Shown one piece after another: positions 33,543 through 47,921 of a stretch of DNA of 64,000 nucleotides. This stretch comes from Lingula anatina. Its lineage: Eukaryota > Animalia > Brachiopoda. Below the pieces are notes generated by a model. The model was given only the letters and a program-made list of their open reading frames with translations. It did not search any database and was not told where the DNA came from. The stretch's first letter is position 1; each line of letters begins with the position of its first letter. The DNA lies in the NCBI GenBank assembly GCA_051362555.1, contig CM120645.1, positions 22,630,001-22,694,000 on the forward strand, written 5' to 3'. The position numbers and the translations under genes are program-made.

Positions 33543-36500
33543 TGTGTCCACTTGGAGAGAAAGAAAGAGAGGAACGCGAGTTTAGTAGTGCGCATATGCA
33601 GGTCAGTGTCTAAAAATGCACAGTATTAATGCACATCATGAGCATGTGCTTAAGGCAAATCATGTAACAGAAATTAAGAAAATTATATTTGGATGGCAGA
33701 TTGATAAGAACAAAACCGCAGATGAATATATGGCGGTTTTTTATGTTTGATGGTCTTTCATTGTTTTTGGACCTAAGTCAACCTTACCTTGTATTAAATC
33801 TTCAATGTATTTGCTTCTTCTAAAGTGTCATAGGAGAACTGTTGAATATCCTTTTTTGTTTAAACTCATTCTTCTGTCATTGACTTATTTACTAGTAGTA
33901 TGAATACGTTTGTGCCAGACCGACTTTGACGTTGAGAGAAGACTGGCAGTTTGTAATGGCTCCCCATGCCTCGTTCCTGGCCGATGTAGAGAAGACTGTG
34001 ACCTAAATGAGACTTTTTGTCTGGGTAAGTGTTCATTTATTAATTTTTGTTAGACGGTTAAAGTTTCCTTAAATTCATTTTTAAATTAAAATGTTTTACA
34101 AAGATTATTCAAATTACATCGAACTGCATGTAGTACCCATCCCTTTTCAAAACAATTCTAAAAAAACAATACACTCATGGAGGGCCAGCTGATCGAGCGT
34201 TCGAATATACTAGGTCGAATGAGAATTTGCGAATTTCCCTCTTTCAGCAGTTGTGTTATTAAATATAAATGAAAGTTTCTGCAAAAGTAATTTTTGGAAA
34301 AACGGCACTTTACATGTATAGTCTGTAGTTGTCACAATATACATGTATATTTTTTCACAAAGGACATTGTTTTCTGACTGCCAGAATTACTTTAAAAAAA
34401 AAAAAGGAGACACAAGGTTATCGAAACCGATTTTCCGGGAATAGGTATTTAAAGTTACTGTGCTTTAAAATATATTTAAATATCGAAAGACCAAAGGATC
34501 ACATAAGAGTCGTGAGTTGTTTGCATAGCACAGATTTTAATCAATTTTCATTATAGGACAAAGTCAGTGCTTTGTTTACATCATTGTGTATTCATATCAC
34601 AGAAAGACGTTAGCTCTGTGAACAGTCATCCGTGCCCAGATGTATTTGACTAACAGAAAAGGCCGGGAAACCTCGGTCGGGCTACATGTTTGATCTGATA
34701 GGTTTAGTAATGGCTAAATTGATTCTTTACTTTAGATCTTACTTCTTGAAAACTTAAATAAAACATTCTGATTTGTTACGTCTTCTATCTAAATAAATGG
34801 CGTAGAAAGATTTGATATATCATCCTTAAATAAATGCCGCAGATATATTTAACAACTACATGCATCCATAAAATGGTGCAGATATTTGATACCCCTTAGC
34901 AAAGGTTTACAGCAACATTGGTGCAAACTGAAAGTTGGAGGCAACGAGTTTGCAGGAGTTTGCAAAAAAAACCTTTATTGCTGCTAATTTGATGATATTC
35001 TGTAAATAGTGTTAATCAAAGGCAGCACATTTCCATTACCACTGGATATTGGTTTTAGTAAATCAACAAACTTCTCATGGCGGATAGGCATCTAACCACT
35101 TAGAGTAGGTCGCACGCCGTCTTAGTCTTTTAATCGAAATAAATAAATAAAACGAGGCTTCAGAAAAAAAAAAAAGAAAGAAAAAGTAAGGGAATGGAAG
35201 ATTTCAGTAGAACTTGTATAATAAAAAAATCTAATGATGTTTCAAAATGTTATATTTATTGTAATCTTAATTTTCAGGCGTAACAGTAGTGTAGTTTTTA
35301 TTAATTAATTAATTAATTAATTAATTAATCAATTAATTGCTGTTGTTATTGTTCTCAGATTATTTATTTAAGAATAAATTATGTATTTCGCTTTATACAA
35401 ATGTACTGTCTTTGCGTTTAACAGGTGAAATGATTTCATAAGGTGCACTAAGGTTATTAAAGTTATATGTTATATATATACAATTTATAACGATAAAACG
35501 TATATACATAATAATATACGTACATGTAATAACAATACAATATGACAAACTTTTAAAAAATATTATTTATATTACTGTCCTGCCATACAGTGAGGCAAAT
35601 TGCCCATTAAGATATTTGATTCTTTATGACAAGAGCAGTGAAATATATAATATGTAAGTATCACCTTAAATATAACATTAGTCCACTTATTTTAGGAGAC
35701 TCAACGGACTGTGATGAGACGCAGATGTTCAATATTCAACAGAGATCCAGTGACTCCGAGAACGCCCACGACTCTGGTGTTATCATTGTAAGCTCACGTC
35801 TCTGTAACTTTCTCAACATAACTACTTTTTCTGTATGTTAGAAATTTTGCTGACTAACAATATCTTGCTGCAACCATTGCGCCCGTTTGAGGGATTGGTT
35901 TGTTTCATTGTTTTTTGTAAAGGTGTTTTTTTGCAAAACAAATACTTCTAAATATTCCATGAGTTTGTCTGCCGGTGGAGCTATGGCTTTCCTTTTTTCA
36001 TTGCACCTTAGAGCCTACACTACAACAAGACTGAAGACGCCAGCGGTTTATATCTGCTCTGGAGTGGGACGCTGAGGACAGCTCTCAATTGTACAGGATG
36101 TTGTACATCTTTGACCTTCACAATAGATGGCGCTGAGTGTTCAAACCCCTACCCCATTGACTATGCAGAGTACCATGCCAACAGGAAAGAACTTCATCAC
36201 CACGTGGAGTGTGAGCTCATTTCTTTTTATTTATACTTAAACACAATTTGTTTCTAGTTTACACACATTAAGATAATGTTTTACTTTTTTGCAGGACACA
36301 ATTTTGATATATGATCGAATGACACAACATTGTAATTATTACCTATTTTTACCTAGTTTTTGGAATCTGCTACGGGATAGGCAAAGGAAATAGAACTGTT
36401 GCCTTAGAATACAAAGACTGCGATGGATCATTTCACGATAGTCACATGGGTTGGAACGCCAGGTCACGTGTTATTATGGCAGAAGTGCCTGGAACCACGG

Positions 36501-38352
36501 GATCAGGTATATGTTTTTTTTTTTTTTTTGGTACATGTGAAATTAGCTTTTTATATTGTTTAAATGTAACGTTAGGTTTTTATTTTAAATCAGCAGCTTC
36601 TTGAACTCGGTTTTAACTGCTGTGATTATATAATGTTGCCAAATTACCTTTGCGGAGGGGAACGTACCTGTAAGTACATTGTACAAGATAGTAATATAAT
36701 TTCCAGAGGACGAATCTGTTTATTTTGGTTATATAAGAAAACATTGTATGTCTACCCTACTTGAAAAAATATATCTTATTTTACAAGGTAAACAATGTTG
36801 CACATTAAATCAAGTTTATTAAATCTTTCAGCCTCGTGTGCGTCTCAAACGGCCTTCAATATTCAACAGTTTGCTACCCGTTTCCACACGAACGCAAGTA
36901 ATGAAAACATACATTCGGTACGTAACTGAACTGAAAGGTGGCGTTGGACCTATCTTTTAGATGAGCTTATGATAGTAAGACATCGTCCTTTTTTAGAATA
37001 TATTGGAAACATGCAAAATATATTCGTAAAATTTACTTCAATGATTGTATCATTTTTTTTTTTTTGGAATTCTTTGGTATGCATTCCCCTGGCGCTTACA
37101 TTTTGCCCCAGACCCTGAGAAACTAGGCGTTTTTGCAACTGAAACCACACTGAACAACAACCAATTTTGTTAAGAGCAAGAAAATGAAATCAAATTTCAG
37201 CTGTTCTCATTTCCCATTTCAGATGTACACATGCTCCTATCTTTAGTGTGTCGCGGCTCCTATCTTTAGTGTGCATATATCTGGTAATCGAACAATCACT
37301 CGTGGAAAATACTGGCAGTAAATTTCCATGGGCGATAAATTCTTCAGCTGGTAAATGTCCACCTTTACTAACAATTTCAGACGTCTCACTACGTAAAACG
37401 GGCAGATGACAGCGCTTTGCGAGTTCGCTGGAGTGGTAATTTGTACGGGGAAGGCGGACATAAATGCGGTCGATGGTATTTCAAATTCAACGGCGTGGAA
37501 TGCTCCAACCCTGGGCCCCTTGAGTGGCTCATGTTTGTTAATGGTGGTGAAGGACCTCAGGTGCAACGTGGCTTTGCATGTGAGTAAAAAATGGACAAGT
37601 GCCTCAATGATTTATTGTCAATTATACAGATATTATACGGTACAGTTTAAGTGCTGTTATGGACCAAGATTCCATACATTTTTAACACGGACGTAAAAAT
37701 TATTTTGTGCCACTTGATAGCATTTTGTGATCTGTTTTATCACGGATTTATGTCCATTTTACCTTATCGTAGAAGGCAAACTTATTGTTTCCACTGAAAC
37801 ATTGTTTCTGCGGCAACTTTCAAGAGATTTCCTTTGTTACTGTACCTAAACATCATATAACAATGGTACCCAATTTCGGTGTGTGGGTTATTTCAGTTAA
37901 TGGGATATGTGAAGGTATTGCTTCTGGAACCATTGTGATAACACTGCATGTTGGAAACTGCAGTTCAAGCACCAGTCACTCTACCTACACCACACAGACA
38001 GGTATGAACAGTATATATGGCTTAGTTGGTTTCTACTTAGCACACCTTGCTCTCGTTATAAGTGATGGGTACACTTGATATAGCAATTTTAACAGCCAAT
38101 AACTTGAAATCTGACTGTGTCCTATTGTTGTGTAAAGTCAATATTATTATGTTACTTAAAACACGCGAGGAATAATTATTGACATTTTGTAACTGTTCAT
38201 TTCTATTCATGGCTGGTTGACTTTAACACGTCATTTTTCTATTGAAATGTCATTTCGTATTTAAAAAAAAAAGCGAGTGGCCAGTTAATATATGCTTTTT
38301 GGAGTGCATTGATAATAAAATGTACCTATGTGTTTTCTGTTATCGATCACAG

Positions 38353-38385
<33 letters not shown>

Positions 38386-40355
38386 CACAAGCGCGTACAA
38401 GCACAATATTGTAATTGTTTATGAAATTTTTCTTCGTAGGTTGGAAAACCACCACTCACCTTATAGTGGAAGAGACAAGACTTGGACAAGATATCAGTGC
38501 AGGTTGGAAATTTGGAAGAGATAAAATTGTGAAAGAGATGGAATTGTGAAATTGTCTCTCTGTTTGTATTTCGGAACTTTCATGGAATAATAACGTATTT
38601 ATGTTCATACATTTTTATGTTTGCTTTTTAGGTTAAAAAAAACTATGAAGTTTAATATGCCGTGGCTGTTCCTGTACTGCGATGTTTGATACATTGTTAC
38701 AATTAATGTTCTGTGTAGGATTAAGTGTAATTTGATTTTACGTGTACTGTACTTGTAAAACACATCGGTTTTTGTGTACTGTGAAGAAGTGTTAGGGTTC
38801 ATTCCAAATGACATTATTGTTGTAGATTGAGCCAACTACGCGGGGGCGTACTCTGAATGCAGATTAACGCACATGCCTCCTATTTGGTATGTGTTGATTA
38901 AATTTTAAAGCTAGAAATTATGCAAGAACGATGGAAACAAGAGGAGGCGTATCAATCTGAGTTTCTCCACTGCACCCTAGTGGGGTCGATCGACGTAAAA
39001 CGATAGTTTCATTGGAAATAAGCCCTTATATCAGTTTGTTGTGACTTTTCGTGCAATTTGCTTGTGTTCCAGTTCTTACTGCCGATGGGACTACCATCCG
39101 CCTGCCGTTATATAACCGCGTGCAAGGTTATTGGTATAATTTAGCAGCTGGTGCCGACTCAGGAGTTATTCAGGTGCGTACTTATCAAATCAATTTTCAC
39201 CTCAGGAATTGCATCATGGTTAAATTAACAACACGTAACTATAAAAAATATTATGGGCAAATGGAAAACAAACGTCGCATTTTCTTTACAAAGGTTTTAC
39301 TGTTGTTTGAAGACTTTTAATTGTATGTTTTGGTGTATAACACATCAGTGATTTTTATCTTGCTTCGCTCGCTTCTGTAGAGGGCACCGAAAGCGTTAAA
39401 TTTGAATGACGAAAGAGTGCTTATATCTAACACGATGTATTAAACCTTTTTAATTGATTGCAGTCTATGACGTACAACAAAAAGTCAAACTCCAGTGGAA
39501 TCCATGTCATTTGGAGCGTTAACGTGAGGAATCACAAAGGTGACACCTGTGCCAAATGGTCCGTTACCTTTAACGGGGTTCAGTGCTCCAATCCTGGAAG
39601 TATTGAACATATCATCTATTCCCATGACTTGGAAAGTGGAGAAAATGTGAATTGGCATATTCCTGGAATTGGTAAGAGCATGATCGCATAATTTCTTGTA
39701 ATCATTCGTTACACTATGCGTTGGACTACTGTCAACATATGCCTATAATACTTCTTAAAGTAAAGGGTCTGTAGGCAAACGTTATTGTCATTTAGGTGAA
39801 CATTTTATATAATATAAGGTACGGGTGATCAATCATCTTGATTTGATGACATACATACATTACATACATACATACATTACACATACGATGTACTGAATAA
39901 ATTACATGTAGAAACCGCGTCAGCAGCTATTTAACATCACCTATACCAATGGACATATAATGAATTTAATTGTTACTCACATCATTTTAGAAAACTGTGA
40001 TTAAAATCTTTTTTTCGATTCATTTATTGACTTGACATTTCTATGTGAAATCTTGCTAACCTTTTCAAGCGAAAACCATTGTTTTCGTGTGCGAACAGAT
40101 CTTTTTTGTTGTTTTTTCTTGTTTTAAGTTGAGTTTGACTTTGCACTGATAAGTTATTCTAGATTCACTCCATGCACGTATGAATTATGCCAAATGTTAC
40201 TTCCAGTGGATGGTATATGTCTTGGAGTCGGGCGTGGTGACGTCATCATTGCTTTGGAAGTCGGTGCGTGTGCCTCTCACTCAGGACACAATGCATATAC
40301 CGGCAAAGAATGTGGAACCTTCCTCATGGTGGAAGAGGTCTTTCTTGGAGTCTGA
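33153..40355 (+). CDS. Secreted protein: signal peptide + PAN/apple + EGF-like + 3 CTHRC1-type C-terminal domains; 12 exons (33153-33491, 33919-34024, 35696-35787, 36012-36210, 36357-36506, 36832-36917, 37381-37579, 37897-38001, 38440-38502, 39073-39173, 39464-39671, 40207-40355), 598 aa
   Basis: All introns are GT-AG with compatible phases; exon sum is 1797 nt and open. Motifs: ECVIKCKITPDCISVFY (PAN), CNGSPCLVPGRC (EGF-like), three FxxxGxECSNP / GICxGI repeats. Confidence 0.8.
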
Positions 40356-40667
40356 CTACAAAGGCCATTCTCTAATGAATGAAAGTGACCAGTACATTTA
40401 GCGTGCTGCCAATGAAACATTATTGAATGACAGACATAAGAAGCTGTTATTCTAGAAGTAATGACGTTATTGTACAAGGTACTGGATGGAATCAATACCG
40501 GTCATGTGGCACCAACAGTCTAGCAGATTTTCTGACATCGTCCCATATAAGCCTCATTGATATCCTTTCAACTATACTCACACTATTAGGTGGAATGTGC
40601 TATCAAGTAACAAACTGACAAGTATGTTATGCCATTGTTCTAAATTTCACAGCAATTGTGTGGACGC

Positions 40668-40773
40668 CATTGCACTAGATGTGACAGAGCAACTATATTG
40701 ATGACATTGTGCTAGATGTGACAGAGTTATTGTGTTGATGACAATGTGCTAGACGTGACAGAGTAATTGCATT
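40668..40773. repeat. Short tandem repeat, about 36-bp unit x3
   Basis: CTAGA(T/C)GTGACAGAG recurs three times. Confidence 0.7.
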
Positions 40774-42666
40774 GTGTAGTTGGACCTCATTATTATGTAG
40801 ACTATTACAAATACCCTAGTACAGGCAACTTTGTGCGTTTACGTAAGAAACAACTAACACACCCAAGTGATAAAATCACTGACGCAATGCTAAATTCACA
40901 AATCTGATAATTTCACTACAAGGTTGCAATATGGTACAACCTCTTCACGTCTAAAGATAACGTACACTGATACAGGTTACCAGTCGCAGTTTGGCGAGCA
41001 ATACACAACCTGTCTACAACCACTTAATTTTAATTGAAAAATTCGAAACCGGTGGTAGGTATCAATTGCAGATTGGTAATTACAGTGTGTGCATGTGTGT
41101 GCATGCACGTGTACACACACACACACATATCCAAGAATTATGTAAACAAAAATCATTATTCAAGAATTATGTAAATAAAAACAGTTGGCATTTTCTGGTG
41201 TATGGTAGTTTTATTCAATATTATACAAGGATTTTTGCATTGTGGTAGACTAGTTTGGTATTAAAATATTGTTTTACATTTTTGTAAAGGTGACAAGCAA
41301 GCATGATTTTTTTGTGAATTAGCGGGTTACCTGGCTTCCCTTAGAGTAGATACGATAGCAGAATTATTCTAAACAGTTGTTTCTTTTTTAAATTATTCAA
41401 AAACTTCACCTTTAACAATGTTGCTATTTTACAGCATTCGCATCCCTAATAAATCTTTACTCTTAAAGAAAAAAGGCATATGTCATACTAAAATGGTAAC
41501 AAATATAGTATGAGGTTATTACTAGAATATAAACAATGCACCTAGAACAATTAAATAACAATATAATTTCCAGGTAGGTTCAAGCTTGTTATCTACGCCT
41601 ACTAATACAAATGCCATCATTTAATACATATACATGCATCTAAGGAAATATTAACACATGCAAAATGTGATATACCATATGTATTGGAGCAATTGCACGT
41701 TTCTGAACTACCAAGTGCATGTACTTATGTGGTACAATGTGCTTTTTTCTGTAATATATAGTGCTATGGCACAAATGTCAATACACTTACAGTTCTATAC
41801 ATTATACTTCAGTTGTAAGCCTTTAAGTATATTCACAAAGATTTCTAAGAGAAAACTCACTTTAACTGATGACAAGAATAATCTATGAGCACCATGAGTA
41901 TTAAGCAGGCCAGTCAACAAAATCCCTGACTGCTTTGGCTGTTTTTATCAAGATTAATATTACAAAATATACCAGTAAACATATTATATACAAAATGCAT
42001 ATGAGATATCTACTTAAAGGTTTAAACCAAGCTGAAATAAGACTACACTGTAAAACAAATGTTATACTGTTATCTCTTAAAATTTTAATAAATCCAAACA
42101 TGTTGTATACTAATATGTTGGAGATTTAAGAGCTGTGCTACTAGTATGTATTCTCTTATCTTTCAAAAATACTTAGTTACATAAAATACTTAGCTTCACG
42201 CTTGCTTTAATTCAGGAATATAAAATTTGGATTTCTATCAAATCTACGAACCAATGTTGTTAATTTTAATGAGCCTCCACATGTTTAAGGTTAACTTCTG
42301 TATCAAACGATATATGTGTAGCATATAGTAATTACAATATATAAAGGCAAGGGTATTCTTATATATGGTTACCTTAGCAAAATTTTGATTTTCAAATATG
42401 AAAATAAAACATCCTACTATTATAGGAACAACTTATTGGATTAAAGCTAAGCAGCCATTAAAGAATAATTTCCAATTGGTATTGAGCAATGACAAATGCA
42501 TAAATTAATATCATGCTGAATGTTGAACAAGAAACAGAATTTATTAATAAATAATTATTTTGCAAGCAAAATAGCACAAAAATTAAATAAAAATAAAACA
42601 GGTCAATTGGTAAAATGATGCAAGAACAAATGCAGAAATAAAAAACATATAACCCTAACAAAAATT

Positions 42667-42715
<49 letters not shown>

Positions 42716-43167
42716 CCAGTGCCACAAAATACAAGAGCAATTTCCTAAATCACTTTTCACAAATCTAAAATGCTGTCAAAACATTCCTATCATCTGATGT
42801 ATGGGAAAATACTAGAACATTATGCCATCAAATAAAGATGGTCCACAATAACTAAATTGTAGTGTGAAAAATATCAAAAGCCACAAAAGATACAATTACC
42901 TCTTACTGAATAGTAAAAAAGCTGAACAAGCTGGGCTGTACAATAAGTCTGAACAATTATACAATATCAAAATACAAAATGTAGTGTTATCATCCACAAC
43001 TTTCTTCAACAATTTGGATTTCTTGATAAACAAACACTTTGACAATTAATAATTATGCTCATAACAAGTTCATATTTATAACTTATTACAAAACAAGGCT
43101 AACTGATGAAGGAACATGCTATAAAAAAGGCACACAAGTCAATACTCCATTTACGCGCAAACAGGAG

Positions 43168-44505
43168 TCAGAGTGCTGTAACACTGTTATCTCTGTTTCC
43201 CTGGTTACCATTTCCGTGGTTACCATTTTCCATGCCCCCATTTATGTATGCATTATCTCTCTCCATGACAACCTCGACCATGTCCATATTTCCGGTATCC
43301 ACGTCATCAAAGTCCCTGTCCTCTGGTTCTTGCTGAAGCTCACATACATTTATTACCTCCACGCCGATCATTACAATATTCTTGATCAGGAATATCGATA
43401 TATCCACCTTGTACTGGGCCCACAGTATAAAGCGGAGAACAGCAAAGGCGCCATCTAGTAGGAGAATATGGAGGAATACGTAGTTGATCCGCCATCCCTT
43501 TGATAGCACATGTCTCCTGTGCCCATAGTAACTCTTACTCAGGACCACGATGCAGAAGAACGGTAAAATCAAGTTGATCATTGAAAATGCCAAAATAATA
43601 TTCTGGAGAGAGTCTGGTATGTTGAGAGCCATGGGAGACCTGTGGTTGTACAAAAATAAAATCTCCAAGAAGTCGATGCTGTCCCAGATGTCAAAGGGGA
43701 CTATGACAGTCAGAGTTTGGATGTAATATCGCTTTCTGGTTTCAAGCTGTGCATTATGTTGGCTCATGACTATCAGGAGAAATATGGGACCTGAATATAT
43801 ATTTTACACTTGAATGTTAAAGTGAATTCTTTGGTTAAATAGTACATATATTGAGTAAAACTTTGTATTGTTTATATATTTAGAGGTATTGGTAAACAAG
43901 AAACTACATTTAAAAAGGTCATATACCCACCACACAGTTACTAGTATTCAAATAAAAATCTCAAAAGATATGATTAACAGATAAAAGTTACAAAATTGAT
44001 GTATTGATATATCTTTTAAGATATATATTAAAAATGCTGTATTCAAACTCTGAGGTAATATAACAAAAGTATATACCCCTAAGCCCGTCCTCTCCCCCCC
44101 CCCAAAAAAAAAAAATTTTATAGCTCAAATTAGTGACCATCTGTATTATTAGTTACTAGATAACTTATATTCATTACACCATTACCTGTGAATGCCATTA
44201 CCAGCTTGAGGAAATTGGGACCAAAGAAGACATCTTCTGTCAAGTTTCCTGCGATGTTTTTGAAGATGATCACCAGCCTTGCCACTAGGAACCCAGAGTA
44301 CAGCAGCCAGGCCAGGTAACCCAGAGGTAGCAGACCTTGCCATTCTCCACCTGAAGTGGAGTCATAACATATGGGATATCATACAAAATATGTGTGTGCT
44401 TACTAGGAACACGGAGTACAACAGCCAGGCCAGGTAACCCAGAGGTAGCAGACCTTGCCATTCTCCACCTGAAGTGGTGTCATAACATATAGGATATCAT
44501 ACAAA

Positions 44506-44545
<40 letters not shown>

Positions 44546-45668
44546 CTAGGAACCCAAAGTACAGCAGCCAGGCCAGGTAACCCAGAGGTAGAAGACCCTG
44601 CTACTCTCCACCTGAAGTTGAATGATCTTTCTTATTTTTATTTTTCCTTGTGTATGTGTGTGTGAGTGTGTTTGAATGTGTTGGGAAGGGGGTTAAGAAG
44701 ACAGCAGCCTTTGATTTTTGTGCATAAAAACAGTGTACAGTAAATATTTTTCTGGGATGACTTATTCCATTTTACCAAACCAATGCCCAATGCATATTTT
44801 TCTCATTACAAAAAAAGTGATGGTGTCAAAAAAATATGATTTCCACAAATTTTGGGTCAGTCACATTTGTTAACCAACTTGTCAATTTTTTTTTCAAACT
44901 GGAAGATTATAAAGCTTTTGGCACGGGCAACCATGAAATATGACAAAATGTGTATTGAATGCAGTAATGAACTGTTTCATCACAACCAAAACACATTTCT
45001 ACCATTACTGTCTTTAAGAGAGGGAATGAGAGAGAGAGAGAGAAAGAGGAGGGAAAGAGAGAGAAAGAAAAAAGCTTGAGAACAACTCAAATACATATAT
45101 TTTTAATTAATTTTTGTAAATAAATACCTTCCAGACGTCCTTCAGGTTTGGGTTCTTGACCTGGCGCCACATTTTTTGTGCGTTTGTGGAATTTGTGAGC
45201 AGCATGAAATGTGACAATAAAGCCAGCTGTAATGCCCATGTCAGCCACAAACCACCAGAACCAGTCTCCCTGGAAGTGGGGGACCAAGTAGCCAAAGTTT
45301 AACAGACTTCCTACAATAAACAAAAGCACTAATGGATATTGGATTTCAATGGCAAGCAATTTTAGGTATATTGATCTAACTCTGCAGGGACTCTCGCTGA
45401 AAGCAATCAGATTAACAGATTAACACTGGTATAATCAGCTTTTCTGTATTCTACTTAATGCCGTTAGTCTCAATGCATTCGGTCAGAATTCCCGAAGCAT
45501 TGGATTAATTTACGTAGAACAATACTTTTATTTGAAACAAGCCCTAAGCATATTTCAGCCCACACAGAGCTAATTACCTTGTGCTATCACCAACAGAAGG
45601 GAGGCTATGTATATAGGCCATGGATAACACTTGTGGCACACCTCCACGAGTATCTTCCCTGCTGGCAT
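43168..45668 (-). CDS. TMEM121/CECR6-family multipass membrane protein; coding exons 45668-45578, 45310-45128, 44350-44186, 43790-43168 (353 aa)
   Basis: Phase-compatible GT-AG exons summing to 1062 nt; motifs WFVAD, LPLGYLAWLLYS, GPNFLK, VPFDIWDSIDFLEIL, FLIKNI. Confidence 0.8.
44284..44618 (-). repeat. Three tandem copies of the 5' part of coding exon 3 with its acceptor
   Basis: ACTAGGAAC...CTCCACCTGAAGT at about 44284, 44402 and 44545, separated by TG-rich spacers. Confidence 0.85.
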
Positions 45669-46906
45669 GACTGAGGGGGGGGGGGGGGGGGGGGGGGGGT
45701 CCTAAGTCACAGTGATATATGTATCTTTGCCTGAAAATATAAAAATGAAATAGTAATCAATTTTGTTATTCTTATTTTAATAAGTATAAAAATACACGTT
45801 TTAACCATTTTAATATATGGCAGTAAAAAGAAGAGTAAGGCATAAACAGTTCATGTGTACCTCTATCTACTGGGTATCTACACTGTACATGTACCAGCAT
45901 CTATATCTACCCAGTATATTCATGATTAATTTACACTGTATATCCAATACTTAGTGCCTGCTTAGTAGTGGCAAACTTACCCAACACTACATAAAGCACA
46001 TACAAAATATGTTTTAACTGTTAAAACAGTAGTAACACGTGAATTTTGTTGCGTGTGCACTGTACTGTACTGTGATGGTAGGTAATACGGCAACAAATGT
46101 TTCATTGTATATGTAAGTCAGTGTACAACTGCACATTAAGAAATAATTTATTCGTTTACGCATATATTTTAAAACAAAGAACGTTGTACAAGGTAAACGT
46201 AACGAAATAAATAGTGTGAACTGGCATCGCAGCAAAAGAATGAATGAAGGAAGCGCTGAAATATAATTATGAATATCCCTAAGAATAATAACTTATGCTT
46301 GCAGAACCAAAACCACATCTATAATAAGATTACGTGAGACACAAACCTGATGGCTTTCACTCCTCGGACATGCTTAATGGCTCGATTTGGACGTCAAAAA
46401 ATTCCCATCACTAAGTCTTGTTTACGCTGGTCTGAATCTTCATGGTTTAGAGGACAGAAAGTTAACTTCCGGTTAAGATGAAAGTCGAAAGTATATGTAC
46501 TCCCCCCCCCCCCCCTTTTTTTTTTTTTTATTTATCATTCTTCGGTTCCCTTCCCGAAACATATTCTAATTTTAATATTAATACATAAATATATGGACCC
46601 TCCAGCCTTAAGGTCCCATAAACATAGACTGTGGCAGAGCCACATCTGTGAGAATTTGGTTTTAGGTTCATCTTAAAATATTTTTGTGGCGAAATTCACC
46701 GAAAACAAAGAGCCAAGGGTGTGTGAGAAAAAAAAAAAAAAAAAAAAAAACTAGAGCATTGAACTACATTTAAAAGTAGTTAAAATTATCCTATATACTA
46801 TTTACAAGAAAATGCTCCCCTGATCACAGCTTGCCGATAACAATAGGCCTACGGGAAAATAAAATAAAATAAAATAAAATAAAATAAAATAAAATAAAAT
46901 AAAATA

Positions 46907-47921
46907 GGGGAGACCGGGGCTAGTTGGCCCAGTTAGACACTTTTGGCCTTGTAGAGCCAACTAGGAATGAGTAACAAAACCGGTTTTAAAGTAAGCCCCA
47001 TGAACTATAAGCTACGTATGCAACGTCATTATTTTTCAAATATAATGCCAGATGGCTCACAATTTGACAAAAAACGCAGTTGACGTCAGGGGGGGCCAAC
47101 TTGCCCCGCCAGGGTCGGGGCAAGTTGGCCCCCTATACAAAAATTAAGTAAATTTGCCATGAAAACGCCTTGAATTACATTTTTATACATTTTTAATTTA
47201 TTTAATTGATTTTTGAGAGTCTTTGATGAATAAATAGTTCAAATGAGACAGATTTATTGAGGTTTCCGTACGTCACGTTGTAGGGGGGTCTATGTGTTGC
47301 AAGAACCAAAATATCTATCAATAGAATTTGTTTTGTTTTAATAAAGAATAAATTAATAATGGTATAAAGCAGGTTTTTAATGCATGAAAACGAATAATAA
47401 ATTTTCGTTTTAAAAGAAAGTAACAAATTCAGTTTTAAACCATCGAGTTTGTTTTAACAATGGTGTGTGTCTAGCTCTGTTGCGAGCAAAGGTTTGTGGG
47501 TAATATGATGGTCCAACTTGCCCCGAGTCAAGGGGGCCAACTAGCCCCGGGTGCACACTTTTTATTTTAAAGGATGGCAGCCATTTATGGTGCTAGAATG
47601 AGCAACGATGATACATCTCTGTGAAACTTGAAAAAATGAGCTTCAGTTTGATGCCCTATACATATATTATATTTGATCAAAAGCCTATGAAAATAGATTT
47701 TTAAATCTCTTAAACAAAATTACTTTTAGGTGCAAAAATCGTTTATTTCGACTTACCGCTAAAGTAAAACTTTTTAACGTCCGACACTTCCTTAGCATTG
47801 TAGGTTACGGTCACTTTACCAGAGTATGTGGCCAATTTTTTACCTCGTAGTTACTTTTTCATAAATTGACGGGGGGGGGGGGGGCAACTTACCCCGGGGT
47901 CCAACTAGCCCCGGTCTCCCC
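46907..47921. mobile_element. Non-autonomous TIR element (1015 bp), TA TSD, inserted in an (AAAAT)n microsatellite
   Basis: Perfect 21-bp TIR GGGGAGACCGGGGCTAGTTGG; internal CCAACTTGCCCC repeats; absent from the paralog near 57425. Confidence 0.9.

Noticed and set aside
42669-42712. Poly(A) tail of a retrocopy
   Set aside because: No recognisable upstream element or TSD; on the strand of the neighbouring gene it is a T-run; treated as a homopolymer.
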